Positions 1-12,875 of a stretch of DNA of 64,000 nucleotides are shown in pieces. The DNA lies in the NCBI GenBank assembly GCA_000002445.1, contig AL929603.2, positions 416,001 through 480,000 on the forward strand, in the 5' to 3' direction. This DNA is from Trypanosoma brucei (lineage: Eukaryota). The first letter of the stretch is position 1. Every line of letters begins with the position of its first letter. The notes under the pieces were generated by a model. That model was not told where the DNA came from and did not search any database. It was given only the letters and a program-made list of their open reading frames with translations. The position numbers and the translations under genes are program-made.

Positions 1-2
1 AA

Positions 3-167
3 CTTGCGCCAAAAAATAGACAACAGGCAACGCTTGAAGAGGACATGGCCTCGGCGGAACCAAGCGATTATGACAACTTTTTAAGCACGGTAGAAAATAT
101 TAGCAGGTCCGCCCTCCTGGCATCTGACATCCATGTCGATAGTGAGTACGATGAGCCGCTGTTTTGA
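3..167 (+). CDS. 3' end of a gene that begins upstream of the window (partial); acidic C-terminus ...SDIHVDSEYDEPLF*
   Basis: An open + frame runs from the window edge to the TGA at 165-167. It has the same orientation as every other gene here. There is no start codon inside the window, so it is absent from the ORF track. I translated it by hand. Confidence 0.3.
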   Translation, partial: LAPKNRQQATLEEDMASAEPSDYDNFLSTVENISRSALLASDIHVDSEYDEPLF

Positions 168-751
168 CCAGAAACGGGGGGAAAAGAGAAGATAAACGTG
201 AGGGATGATGAGACACGTATCGGCGGACCCCTTTTGTGGAACAGGGTGAAGTGCCCCATCAACAACGGAAAGGGGTGAAACAGAACGTTAGCAAACTCCG
301 ATGGTGTCACCATCCGGGAATGGACCGTTGAGGTCGGCGGTGCGTTACGAGCTGCGCATTTCATCTTTTATATGTTCCGTTTATGTTTTTTGTCTGCGAA
401 AGAGGGATGGGATGGACGGATGGTGAGTGGGCGTTGTGAACCTGGACACAGCGGCTGCGTTGGGGTCAATGCAAATGATCGAGACTCCATGCGAGTGGTA
501 CTTTTTCTTTTGTTTTTATCAACTTGCAGAGTTACTTTCACCTCCATCAAACACTTCAAAATCACCTCTTTTCTTCTTCGGTGTATTTTGTGTGCCTCTT
601 CGGGACCTGCATTTCAGGTCGCCAAGCGTTGTCCCCGCTTGTCAAAGTAATTGATTACGCTGTGTTTGCTGAGTGGGGCTCAGGAATTGGGAAATAAAAT
701 TTTGTAGAAACACGGTTCTTTACATACCACTTCTTCATTGCATGTAAGCCC

Positions 752-1804
752 ATGAAGTTTCTTGTTGTCGATGGTGATTGGCCCGTAACTCCGTACACAC
801 TCACCCGTTCTGAATTAGTGTCACATTCAGTGGAGGAAGCAGACGGGGGTAGTGAAGGCGGTCAACTTATTATTCATGGCCATACGCTTGTTGCCCTCTG
901 CCAGCAGCAGTTGCACACCTCGGTTGTAAGAGTGCGAGCAGCTCCTGATCTTTCCACATTGGGACTCACAATATTACACGAATCTTTAAGTGATAGCACT
1001 GGAAATATTCGCCTTGTCACTCCTAAGAGTCTCACGAGGCAGGTATTTGCAGTAGATGATCTGTTAGTGCACGGAAGGCTAATTGTTTTTACCTCCCGTT
1101 GGGAATCACTCGCTTCCGCCGCCATTGTTGGCGTGAAATCTGACCGAAGGGAAGAACACGAGCTAACTCGCAGAACCAAATCCAGGCCTGAGGAAACCAA
1201 GAATAGCGGTAGGGGTAACCATGACACTTCTGTGTCGCGGCCGAGCGTGTTTTCTGGGAGAAACCGAACGGCATTGCACAAGTTTACATGTGCTGAGACG
1301 TACTTTCAATCAATCCCCCCGGCTACGGTTCATGACTTGGATCTGTTGAATAATCTGATTCAAGCAGGAACCATTCGTCTCGACCCCCGCGTGGAAGTGT
1401 ACCTCTGTACCGTGTGCGGATTCCTACCGCGTCAAACGTTTACAACATCATGCTGCGGTGCTATCATGTGCGGCGCATGCACACCACTTATATCTACTTC
1501 CTCAGTGATGCCATCTGTCATGAGCGAAAGATATGTTTGCATAGCCTGCAAAGAGCTTCCATTTACAAGTCACACTGCCCATGTGAGCAGGGATGCAGAA
1601 GTGATGAAGCTAGTGCGTGAGCTCCGCGTGCTACATCATCCACAGCTGGCTTCGGCAGCCTCAGCCACTAGTTCCCACGGAATGGCTGAGAAGAGTCACG
1701 CATCATTGCCCTTCCTTTTGCACTCCATGGGAATCATGCCAGCAAAACGTGATGTGGGAGGCGCCGCGGCACCCGTTCTTGGGTCGGTATTTCCAAATCC
1801 GTGA
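752..1804 (+). CDS. hypothetical protein with a C-terminal Cys-rich, RING/U-box-like zinc-finger cluster (CTVCGF...TSCCGAIMCGACT...YVCIACKE)
   Basis: A 350-aa ATG-initiated ORF in the + strand gene array. The Cys spacing C-x2-C...CC-x4-C-x2-C...C-x2-C suggests a cross-brace zinc-binding domain. No stronger family signature is visible. Confidence 0.5.
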   Translation: MKFLVVDGDWPVTPYTLTRSELVSHSVEEADGGSEGGQLIIHGHTLVALCQQQLHTSVVRVRAAPDLSTLGLTILHESLSDSTGNIRLVTPKSLTRQVFAVDDLLVHGRLIVFTSRWESLASAAIVGVKSDRREEHELTRRTKSRPEETKNSGRGNHDTSVSRPSVFSGRNRTALHKFTCAETYFQSIPPATVHDLDLLNNLIQAGTIRLDPRVEVYLCTVCGFLPRQTFTTSCCGAIMCGACTPLISTSSVMPSVMSERYVCIACKELPFTSHTAHVSRDAEVMKLVRELRVLHHPQLASAASATSSHGMAEKSHASLPFLLHSMGIMPAKRDVGGAAAPVLGSVFPNP

Positions 1805-1954
1805 AAATCTACAATCAGAACCATATTCTGCCGGTTAGTTGTATACCCACATTAGTGAATATGAGGTTGGTTCTCACATAACCATGGGGAGCCGCACACA
1901 TCATCAATACCCGATAATAAACCTGTACAGCTTAATGTATACTTAAACTTCTAT

Positions 1955-1990
1955 GCTCTTTCCCCCCCTTTTTTTACCATTCTCACTACT
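1955..1990 (+). promoter_or_regulatory. polypyrimidine tract followed by AG at 1997-1998 (candidate trans-splice acceptor signal)
   Basis: ctctttccccccctttttttaccattctcactact, then ..acAG, 3 nt before the ATG at 2001. Confidence 0.35.
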
Positions 1991-2000
1991 GTGAACAGTA

Positions 2001-2510
2001 ATGTGGCGGGTGAAACCCTTAGTTTGGTTGGCTGCTCGCGATGTCAACACCCTCCGTACTGTCTCTTCACTTCACTCCCGAACCCGGCAAGAGGATGTCA
2101 CCATCAGTGGAAATGACAAAGTGACAAGAAATAGGGAGCGTAACTACGCAGCGGCACCATCTGGATGCTTTCGCTTTGATTTACCAACTGCATCGCTGCA
2201 TTCGGAACTTTCAAGAGGCCGTCGTTATGACGTACCGAAGGGAAAATCATGTAGCGGCCAATGGGCCTCAAAAGGTAAAATATGCACAACTACCAATAAT
2301 GGGAGAGCTGCAGTGGGAACAGGTAAGGAACCTTCAATGGGACCGCTTCCATCTTCCCGGAGTTCCGGCACCCGATTCCCAGTTGATTATCGACGGATGA
2401 AAGAGTCTCACAAGGTGGAGGCTGGTAATGCTGTGAATTCAACAATATCGAGTAGTGACAGCAGGGCACCGTCGAAACGAATTAATGTTCGAGTCATCGC
2501 TTTGGAGTGA
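2001..2510 (+). CDS. possible small basic Ser/Arg-rich hypothetical protein (169 aa)
   Basis: An ATG ORF begins 3 nt after an AG that follows a polypyrimidine tract (1955-1990). It sits in the 1-kb gap between two + strand genes. It has no recognisable domain, and the composition may be chance. Confidence 0.2.
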   Translation: MWRVKPLVWLAARDVNTLRTVSSLHSRTRQEDVTISGNDKVTRNRERNYAAAPSGCFRFDLPTASLHSELSRGRRYDVPKGKSCSGQWASKGKICTTTNNGRAAVGTGKEPSMGPLPSSRSSGTRFPVDYRRMKESHKVEAGNAVNSTISSSDSRAPSKRINVRVIALE

Positions 2511-2828
2511 CCGGAACAAACATCGTCACCCCCTCCCTTTTATTCATCACACACATAGTTTCTTCACAGTTATTTTGTTTTCTCGTACCATTGCTCGCTC
2601 GATTGTACTCTTTTCTCTGCCTAATTTGTTTCTTTTATTTTGCAGATTGTGGCGAGGTTGTTACCTGCCATTGGCTCACTATGTCCCTCGTGTCCTGTTG
2701 CCGATTTACTAAAATGTTATGTTGTTGTCTGTATCACCCTAAACCAATTCTTTTTTTTTTTGATTCTTGGGCCCTCTCCAAAGGGACGTGGGCTTACCTG
2801 TTTAAGATCATGCTAATATTACGAACAC

Positions 2829-3716
2829 ATGCACAATAGTGTTCCAGCATCCAACACATGTTCTCCGTTTAGGGAGGAAACCGTGTCGAAAAGAGGAAAG
2901 CGGTCACGTGGAACTGGAGGGGATGACAAAATAACTCGCGGCACGTGCTCTCAGCCGTTTAGTGTCATCACACTCCCCCCGGGAAAACTTCTCGAATGGC
3001 TGGTGTGTTCTCCCTGCCGAGTATATGATGTCAACCTTCCTCGTTCCCGTAATAATGATAATAACATATCCTCATTGCAGTGTGCCGTTTTACCGAACTT
3101 CTTTGTGGAATATGGTGGGCGCTCATACTCTTGTGTCGCAAAGGTGTGCAAACCGCAGCTACGCAAGGTATTGCTGCGGGCTCTTGCGGCAGTGCGTCAA
3201 GAGATGGGCTCTGTTGACGATATCCCCCACGACTCACTTCTTGTTGTTGCTGTTTCTCCCATTAATGCCTTTTCCTCGGAGTGCATTCATGATGCATCGC
3301 GTACTGCAATGCCAAGAGCACGTGAGGGTTGTAAGATTGTGGGATTGTGCGTGGCGCGGGAACTGAGTGCGCCGCATCGAATGCACTGTGAGTCTAATTG
3401 GTCACACGAGAAGAGTGAAGCCTCGGGTGTGGGGGCAGCCGTACAGGAGGGTCTCGGGGACTGTTGGGAGGAGGATGCCACGCGTGTTGGAGGCACTAAT
3501 AATGTGAGAAAAGCATTTTGTGGTGTGCAGCTTGTGTGGGTGGCGGATTGCTATCGGCGCCATGGCGTAGCCAAAGTACTTGTCGATACAGCGCGCCGGC
3601 ACATTAGCTACGGGTTTGAGGTTCCAGTTGAACGGGTTGCTTTTTCTGAGCCGACTTCGCTTGGGAAGCTGTTCGCGAAAAGCTACAGTGGACGGCCTGA
3701 TTTTCTTATATTTTGA
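2829..3716 (+). CDS. ESCO/Eco1-family N-acetyltransferase (establishment of sister-chromatid cohesion)
   Basis: The C-terminal motifs GVQLVWVADCYRRHGVAKVLVD and VAFSEPTSLGKLFAKSYSGRPDFLIF closely parallel the Eco1/ESCO acetyl-CoA-binding core (GISRIWV...RRKGIA...L and IAFSDPTPDGKLFATQY...FLVY). An upstream CxxC segment is the expected zinc-finger position but looks degenerate. Confidence 0.65.
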   Translation: MHNSVPASNTCSPFREETVSKRGKRSRGTGGDDKITRGTCSQPFSVITLPPGKLLEWLVCSPCRVYDVNLPRSRNNDNNISSLQCAVLPNFFVEYGGRSYSCVAKVCKPQLRKVLLRALAAVRQEMGSVDDIPHDSLLVVAVSPINAFSSECIHDASRTAMPRAREGCKIVGLCVARELSAPHRMHCESNWSHEKSEASGVGAAVQEGLGDCWEEDATRVGGTNNVRKAFCGVQLVWVADCYRRHGVAKVLVDTARRHISYGFEVPVERVAFSEPTSLGKLFAKSYSGRPDFLIF

Positions 3717-4034
3717 TGTGCGATCGAGAGTTATTACTCAGTTTAGGCGACTTCCTGGAGGATAGAAGTTAATTATTCTGTAAGTGCATTGGAGAAGGAC
3801 TCTATCACATCATACCAACGTTGGTGACTCCTGTGCTGCCGTTCATTTCACATCGCCTTTCAAATTCTTTTCATCTCACCTTATTTGTTTTTCTTTGTGT
3901 GCTATAGAGTATCATTTACTTTCTACCAGTGGGTGGAGGTACATAGCCAGCTTCTGCACTGTGGACTTCGGGATACCTGTTGATCAAATAATAAAAAAAG
4001 AAAAAATAAACCCAATAAGTTGCCACTTCCCGAT

Positions 4035-7000
4035 ATGTTGACAGGTGACATCTTGTTGCAAGAAATTGAGAGTCTGGGAAGGGTCGAGAGGTACGAACGG
4101 GTGGTGGAGGTCGGCCGCGCCGCGCGTGCTGGTGGTGATGTGTGCAAGGAGCGCCTCGCATTGATTGAGCTTTCGCGTTCATGTGTGCCATACGAACGAC
4201 TGACTGCTGCGTTGGGGTTATGGCAGAGTGGGTGTAGTTCGGAAACACTAAGGCTTCTGAAAGACCCTTGTGGCCGTGTTTCGCGGTTGGCTATGCTCCC
4301 AGCGGCGGAGGCGTTGCCGGATGCGGATTTGTTGAAAGTGTTTGGTGAACTGCCGGTGCAACGCCTCGCGATGTTCTGCGGTTACCTCGAGCGGAAGGGG
4401 AGAGTAACAGGTTTGGTTGACAGGTACGTGGCAGCCGTGACCCCTGTGCTGCAAAAGGGTCCTGGACTAACGCTGCTTTGTTGGGCGTCTGTCAGCATGT
4501 TGGCTGCACAACCCACCAGCACCTTCTACCTTCTGAGGAAGAGTGAGTGGGGCACACTTGTGCGACGGAATCCAAACTTCGCTGCGACACTAGTGAAGGC
4601 GAATATAAACAGTGGCACCGAAGCAAATCCCTCTGCTATCACGCAAGCTCATACTGTACTGGCGCAGCTTCGCCGATTTCACCCGTCGGTTGGATCGCAG
4701 TTACTGGGTTGTGTGCTACCGCGAGTACGAGTGAGCAATGAATGTATAGAAGCATATGCTAAAATGTACCCTGTTGAGGTGACACAAATGCTTTTGAAGC
4801 ATAAGTTGGAGGAAACTTTGGACGTAAGCCACTTTTTTAAAAAGTTGGATCCAGATACACTTCTTACCCTTTTCAGTGCCGGTGTGTTCCGTGGGAAGGA
4901 TTTCAAAGAGTGTTTTGCTTATGCCCCACATAACTTGCGAATGATTTTGTATAAGCGGTATCGAAAGGAACTACTTGATCCTGATGGGTCGATGGATATT
5001 TCCATGATTGAGTTGATCCCTAACCGTGAGGAGCGTGAGCGCGAGGCTCTACGTGCGCTGAATGAATCTGAGAGTCTGCGATTGGATCCAAAGAGATGGG
5101 TATCGTTCCTCTCTCCGTTACCTCTCTCACAGGCGGTGGAGGTAGGGAAGCAGTATTTGAAGGAAAAGGATGTCCATGTACGGGCTGAACTTATTGCCGC
5201 AATTGCGTATGGTGGTCAGTACCACCGAGAATGCTTAGATGATATTCTCGACTTCTGCATTGCTCGTGGGAATGATAATGATGTTGTGCGGAGGAAGTTC
5301 CTGATGAGGCTATCGATGATTTCCCGCAGCAAGTGGGAGGAGCGGCACATACCCAAACTCGCTGAAATTGTTAAAGCGGCATTGGACGCAAGAGATTCCT
5401 CCTCCTCTTCTTTGGACACGTGCATGTCACTGGTGTTGGGCACGGCTCATCTTTCCACGAAGGTGATTGAAAGCTCTTTTCTCCCACTTGTGCGAAGGGT
5501 GGGACCTCCTTTTAACCTGGGGAAATACCATTTGCCGAAGTCTGCTCTGTTGTGCATTTGGTCATGCCTTGAGCCCGTGATGAAAAAGGAAGCACAATCG
5601 GATCAGCATATGAAGGAAAGAATCATGTGGATGTTCTCCTCCCGCTTGCGGGACATTGGTGACGTTGTTATTCCGTACCTTAAGGGGCTTTGTGAGAGTG
5701 AGGACGATCTAGTCTTCTGTGGAATCAGCACCCTGCTGAAACACTTCCCCACCATCGGGTCACAGATGTTGCCAAACCTTGTGGTTAAAAGGCCTGATGT
5801 GATAAGCGTACCAGAGGTATGCTTTAAAGTAAGCAACAGCATACAAGGTGAGCTTTTGGAGAGGTGTCTTATGCGGGAGGCACTTGAGGATATTGTGTGC
5901 AGAGGAAGGTTTCCACATTCGGCACTCAGTGGCCGCTACTGGACTGCCGCGAAGCAGCAGATGTATGCTAATTCCACAGTTGAAATTTTGCTGGAAAAGG
6001 AAGAGGAATGGTTTGAGGCTCAGTGCTTGCTGAAACCCCTCGAATCCTTGTACAGTGTTGATGTGGCGAAGATCGCCTCTGTTCTGTTGGGCGAGGACAG
6101 CAAACCACCGCTGCTACGGGACCGACTTATTGAACTCCTTGGAAGAGCGGAGAATCCGGAGTCCCTACAGTTCCTGCTCAGCGCTCTTAATGACAACAGG
6201 TCACGCGTGGCCATCCATGCCATCAGTAAACGCGCTGGCGCTCTTTCCACTGCTCAGGTTCTGCAAATAGTGGATAAGGCTATGCACTCCAAATTGGTAG
6301 CCGTTCAGAAGGTGGCAGTTCGTCTCGGTGCCTTGAATGGTGACGAGGCGAGTTATAACTTTCTCATGCAACTGCGGAAGGGTGGAAGAATGAATGCGGA
6401 TGTGGAGGCTGTGTGGGTGCAAGCGATGTTTAACTTTCTGGGTAAGGAGGATGTGTGGGTGTTTTTCCACAATGCCGCGCAGGATGAGCGTAGGGCAGTG
6501 GCTCTCGCCGTGGTGGATATTCCTAGCGGCACGCTTGAGGCGTGTTGGCAGTTGACTGCGCTGTGTAAGTTATTCGTTTTGCTGCTGAACCACGATGACG
6601 CCTATGTGACTGTTCAAGCGCTGAAGAAGCTATCGAAAAGTAAGCTACCGAGCTACGACGAGGAACTGATTAGTTGCCTTTTCCACCTCCTTGACACACG
6701 AAGACAATCGGATTATTTTCCCGACATTCTGCTTGCGCTCGCAAATTCATCTGCGGATGCTCGTGAGTTAGCCCAACGCCTAGTGGATGTTGACCTCGAC
6801 TCAGTACTAAGTGTCAATGCCCACACTCATTGTGGTTCTATGGCTTCCCATGGAGAGCGGTTCAGAAATATTGTTTCGTCAATGGTGGAGCTGTTGGTGG
6901 AAGAGGGCCGGCAGCCGGCAATCGTATGCCATCTCATCTGTTGGCTGCATCCGACTGTGGCTGGTGAGTATTTGATGAAACTTTGTGAGAAGGGTCATCT

Positions 7001-7280
7001 CCATCCGGGATGTGTGTACGCCATCGTGGAAGCCGCAGGGAATTTCGGTTCCGAAACTGATGGGGTGAGTGCCCTTGAGGAGCAGCTGCGTGGTCACAGT
7101 AATCCCATCATGCAACGCATTGGACTGGAGCTGCTTCGTCGTATGGCATCTTCGGCAGGATGGGACGGGACGCTCTGCGAAGCGTTAGAGGTGTACCGAT
7201 CTGCAAGTGATCCGTGGGTGAGAGATACGGCCAAAGTCATATCCGCTGAAGATTTGAACGAGTCGTGTTCATCCTACTGA
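4035..7280 (+). CDS. large alpha-helical repeat (HEAT/ARM-like) hypothetical protein, 1081 aa
   Basis: A long uninterrupted ORF. The ORF track starts it at a TTG (4020), and the first ATG is at 4035. It is Leu/Ala-rich with recurring helix-pair motifs (LL..L...A, PEVRA.AI..L) typical of solenoid scaffolds. No catalytic motif was seen. Confidence 0.6.
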   Translation: MLTGDILLQEIESLGRVERYERVVEVGRAARAGGDVCKERLALIELSRSCVPYERLTAALGLWQSGCSSETLRLLKDPCGRVSRLAMLPAAEALPDADLLKVFGELPVQRLAMFCGYLERKGRVTGLVDRYVAAVTPVLQKGPGLTLLCWASVSMLAAQPTSTFYLLRKSEWGTLVRRNPNFAATLVKANINSGTEANPSAITQAHTVLAQLRRFHPSVGSQLLGCVLPRVRVSNECIEAYAKMYPVEVTQMLLKHKLEETLDVSHFFKKLDPDTLLTLFSAGVFRGKDFKECFAYAPHNLRMILYKRYRKELLDPDGSMDISMIELIPNREEREREALRALNESESLRLDPKRWVSFLSPLPLSQAVEVGKQYLKEKDVHVRAELIAAIAYGGQYHRECLDDILDFCIARGNDNDVVRRKFLMRLSMISRSKWEERHIPKLAEIVKAALDARDSSSSSLDTCMSLVLGTAHLSTKVIESSFLPLVRRVGPPFNLGKYHLPKSALLCIWSCLEPVMKKEAQSDQHMKERIMWMFSSRLRDIGDVVIPYLKGLCESEDDLVFCGISTLLKHFPTIGSQMLPNLVVKRPDVISVPEVCFKVSNSIQGELLERCLMREALEDIVCRGRFPHSALSGRYWTAAKQQMYANSTVEILLEKEEEWFEAQCLLKPLESLYSVDVAKIASVLLGEDSKPPLLRDRLIELLGRAENPESLQFLLSALNDNRSRVAIHAISKRAGALSTAQVLQIVDKAMHSKLVAVQKVAVRLGALNGDEASYNFLMQLRKGGRMNADVEAVWVQAMFNFLGKEDVWVFFHNAAQDERRAVALAVVDIPSGTLEACWQLTALCKLFVLLLNHDDAYVTVQALKKLSKSKLPSYDEELISCLFHLLDTRRQSDYFPDILLALANSSADARELAQRLVDVDLDSVLSVNAHTHCGSMASHGERFRNIVSSMVELLVEEGRQPAIVCHLICWLHPTVAGEYLMKLCEKGHLHPGCVYAIVEAAGNFGSETDGVSALEEQLRGHSNPIMQRIGLELLRRMASSAGWDGTLCEALEVYRSASDPWVRDTAKVISAEDLNESCSSY

Positions 7281-8483
7281 TGAATTTAACGGCGGGATGA
7301 AAACAATGATATCGGGGCAGTGCTTACCAAGGTCGTGTAGTCGTCGTTTATACATACACATATATTTTTTAACGGGATGCAGCGACAAAGTGTGGGTTAT
7401 TAGTTTCCTTTAAATATCTACCTGAATTCTTGTTAGTATTCCTCTGTGGTTGGTTTTCGACTTGATATTTGTGTTTAAAGACTCTCTTTTATGATACTGA
7501 TCCATTGTTTGAAAATTTCCTCCGAATTATGGTCCGATGTTACGCTTGTCACCGCTGTGACACGAATATGCCACACCGTGGCTACCGGTCACTGAGACTG
7601 TGTGAGTGTGTGGCCAGAGGAGTACATACAAATGCGTGAGAGTATGTTTCCAAATAATTGCTACAAGACGTCGATTAACCTTGTCGTAATACTCTTGACT
7701 GCTCCTCACTTGTAGTTCAGGTCGCTGGTCTGCATATTGGTTGGTGATGGGGCAGAGTTAGGTTACGCAGTTTTCTTGTTGTTCTTTACCCCCCTTACAA
7801 ATTCACTTTCATTGCAGGTACGGACAATAATTTATGTCTCCCTGTATCATACTTTTTTGATTCATTTGCCACAAATTTGAAGCCGTGAAATAAATGAGAA
7901 ACGGTACAACTCTCCTTCATTAATATATGTATTTTTGTTTCATGTCTAAAGGTGGTTTCCCTTCAAGCTTTATCTACCCTTTCGTTCTGCTGCTTTCTGA
8001 CCTCTATTGTTTTGTACTGCATGAATGGAGATGGAGAGAGGCGGTTACAGGGAAATGGGAGGATTTATGGTTTGTCGGTTTACTTCATCCCACTTGGCAA
8101 CTGTCAATGTTGTGCAATAACTACATGATGATGTTGCAATCATGAACCCATTCTCTGACGAGCGCGCAACGAACGTTAATATTGGCTTACCCTAATGAAA
8201 CGAACAACCGTAGAACTGGTTCACCATCGTGTGGGACGTCGGTTAGGTCAGTGACCGTATTTTATATATGCGCATACGCTTCCTCTTAATCAAACGTACG
8301 GGGCGGCTGCCGGTAAAGATATTTGTGGTGGGGGTTAAGAGTAATATTGAAAACGGAAGTGAGAAAGAGACTTTTCCTGAGTTAATATATTGCGTTACTG
8401 TTGTTGATTCTGAATACAGAGCTGCTTGTTCTTCTGTGATTTTCAACCCTAACTTGTTATTAAAGCAAACAACGCCGACTCGC

Positions 8484-8570
8484 TTTTACTTTTTCCCTCC
8501 TTTATTAACATTATTATCATTGGTCTTAACTTTCTAGTACAAATAGGTGTCCTTTTTTTAAAAAAAAACT
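8484..8570 (+). promoter_or_regulatory. polypyrimidine tract upstream of the Elf1-like gene (candidate trans-splice/polyadenylation coupling signal)
   Basis: ttttactttttccctcctttattaacattattatcattggtcttaactttctagtac...tccttttttt, about 100 nt upstream of ATG 8666. Confidence 0.4.
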
Positions 8571-8665
8571 GCGTGTAAGTTTCGTTGTCACGACAGAAGA
8601 GGATCTTCATCCGCTATCCTGCTCCTTAACCGCAGTCCCCCCCGTCTGTTCCTACAACGTGGAGC

Positions 8666-9379
8666 ATGTCGTCAAGCAAAGGTGGTGAAACCAACAACGC
8701 CGCCGGCGCTGACGCATCATCTCCTCAACTGTCCCGTAATAGCCGAACGTTTCTTCGAACGAAGCTACAAAAACGTGCGAAAAAGAACAGCAATGAGGGA
8801 AAGGGGGACAGTAGCGGTGGTGCCAAATTTCAGAAACGTAGTCTGCAGTGCTTGAAGAAGTTCACCTGCCCAGTTTGTCGGATGAAGGGTGCCGTTCGCA
8901 TTGATGTAAACGCGAAGGAGCAGCAGGCGGTAGTATCATGTAGCTATTGCATGCAACTGAAGCCGCGGCCCGTTGATTTACCGTACCCTTTCACAACATC
9001 GTTTCTGCCAAAACTGCAGAACCGTGCCGATGTTTTCTTTGAGTTTAACGAGTTGTATCGCAGATTGCAACTACAAGCGAACTCCATTGAGTGTGCTGGG
9101 GAAGACGTTTCAGGTCTTAATACCAGTCACCTCCTGAGGGATGGTGTGTTAGGCCTCACTGGTTTGGCAACCGGTGGCGTAACGAACGAAAATAATGAAT
9201 GTGAGGAGGGAAACGATTACGAGGAGGGCGGTGATTACGAGGAAGATGCTAGTGATGATGATGAAACTGTTGCAATCGGATGTGGTAATGAAGCGACTGT
9301 AAACGTGGCAGAGGAGGAAACGGTTACCAGCGACGTCGCAGTGGACGACGTTAATGCATTCTTTGACGAAAGTGACTAG
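8666..9379 (+). CDS. Elf1-like transcription elongation factor zinc-ribbon protein with a long acidic C-terminal tail
   Basis: A basic N-terminal region is followed by FTCPVCRMKGAVRIDVNAKEQQAVVSCSYC...PVDLPY, which matches the Elf1 domain pattern (FxCPFC...S/Vx(V/I)xID...SCxxC...PVDVY). The C-terminus is Asp/Glu-rich (NDYEEGGDYEEDASDDDE...). Confidence 0.5.
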   Translation: MSSSKGGETNNAAGADASSPQLSRNSRTFLRTKLQKRAKKNSNEGKGDSSGGAKFQKRSLQCLKKFTCPVCRMKGAVRIDVNAKEQQAVVSCSYCMQLKPRPVDLPYPFTTSFLPKLQNRADVFFEFNELYRRLQLQANSIECAGEDVSGLNTSHLLRDGVLGLTGLATGGVTNENNECEEGNDYEEGGDYEEDASDDDETVAIGCGNEATVNVAEEETVTSDVAVDDVNAFFDESD

Positions 9380-9786
9380 GTTCATTGGAGCCATGCGTAT
9401 GCATTTATACAACCCGCTCACAAGGAATTGGATATAAGTTATGTGCCGCTCCTGGAAAGGATCTAATATCTTGAAAAAACTCCTGCACCATTTCATTTAA
9501 CGTTTACAGTTCCCGTGGATTAAGAGGCCTTTTCAGACAAAACGCCTGTGTTCGGGTACCAACGAATGCCTTCGCCTGTCCGCGGGGCCATCGGGTGCAC
9601 ATCCTTACCTCCTCACCTGCCTGTACGTCTGTGTTTTACGTGAATGAAAAGGAGTAAAAAAGCATTACCATGGTGTTGCTTAATTACGGTCCCCCCATAT
9701 TTCATATGTCTTTTCAATGCTTGAATTCTCCCTATCCTCTTCGACATCCGTTGGTCGTCTTTGCATTGCTAAGTGGCTAAAGGTAG

Positions 9787-12240
<2,454 letters not shown>

Positions 12241-12749
12241 TAATTATTTGGATGATGAGGTAATACACGGGAGGGTGTTATTTTTCACTGCAGTATCCGT
12301 CATTGTTCGGTTGCTAACGTAGTTTGTGATGAGTGAATTCTCACTTGTAGGTCCCGGTAAGTCTGCAGCTAACCACATTGCTCTCGGGTTAATGTCACTT
12401 CCACTTATGTGAGCGGAAGTCTGTTCTTTAATCAACCGCGTTAACACATTGAAGCACTAAAGGAGTGCAATGTCCTCCACTCATGTACACGTGCAAGGAT
12501 GGGGAATATGCATGACGGTGATGTCATTTCGTGAGTTTGAGGTTGGATGTGATGGTACACGAGACGTGTTTTTTTTTTTTGGTACCGTTTCTTTTCTTCG
12601 CAGAGGAAAGTTCGTGGTGGCACCCTTAGTTGTGAATATTTTATGTTACCCATTAGGGTGGGTACCTTTTAGTTTCTACCTTGTTACGTAGGATACACTA
12701 CGAAATGTAAAGATGTTTCATATGTCACTTATCTTTGCGCGTTTTAACG

Positions 12750-12790
12750 AATTTTTTCCCATTCGCTTTCATTTGTTTTTTTTTGGCCAC
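12750..12790 (+). promoter_or_regulatory. polypyrimidine tract upstream of the AATF-like gene
   Basis: attttttcccattcgctttcatttgtttttttttggcc, followed by AG dinucleotides about 70 nt before ATG 12876. Confidence 0.4.
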
Positions 12791-12875
12791 CTACGATACC
12801 AAGCAGACGTGCCGTACAGAAAATTTGCGTGCTTCAGCAACCATCAGCCTGACTTAGTAATAGGGGGTGTAAATC

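Noticed and set aside
68-650. Small ORFs at the start of the window (68-364 minus, 372-650 plus, 427-654 plus)
   Set aside because: They are short, overlapping and featureless. The + strand frame entering from upstream and ending at 167 is a better explanation of the first 170 bp. The rest looks like 3'UTR or intergenic sequence.
4020-4034. TTG-initiated N-terminal extensions in the ORF track (also at 14931, 50841 and 52160)
   Set aside because: The ORF track evidently accepts TTG starts. I moved these gene starts to the first in-frame ATG.
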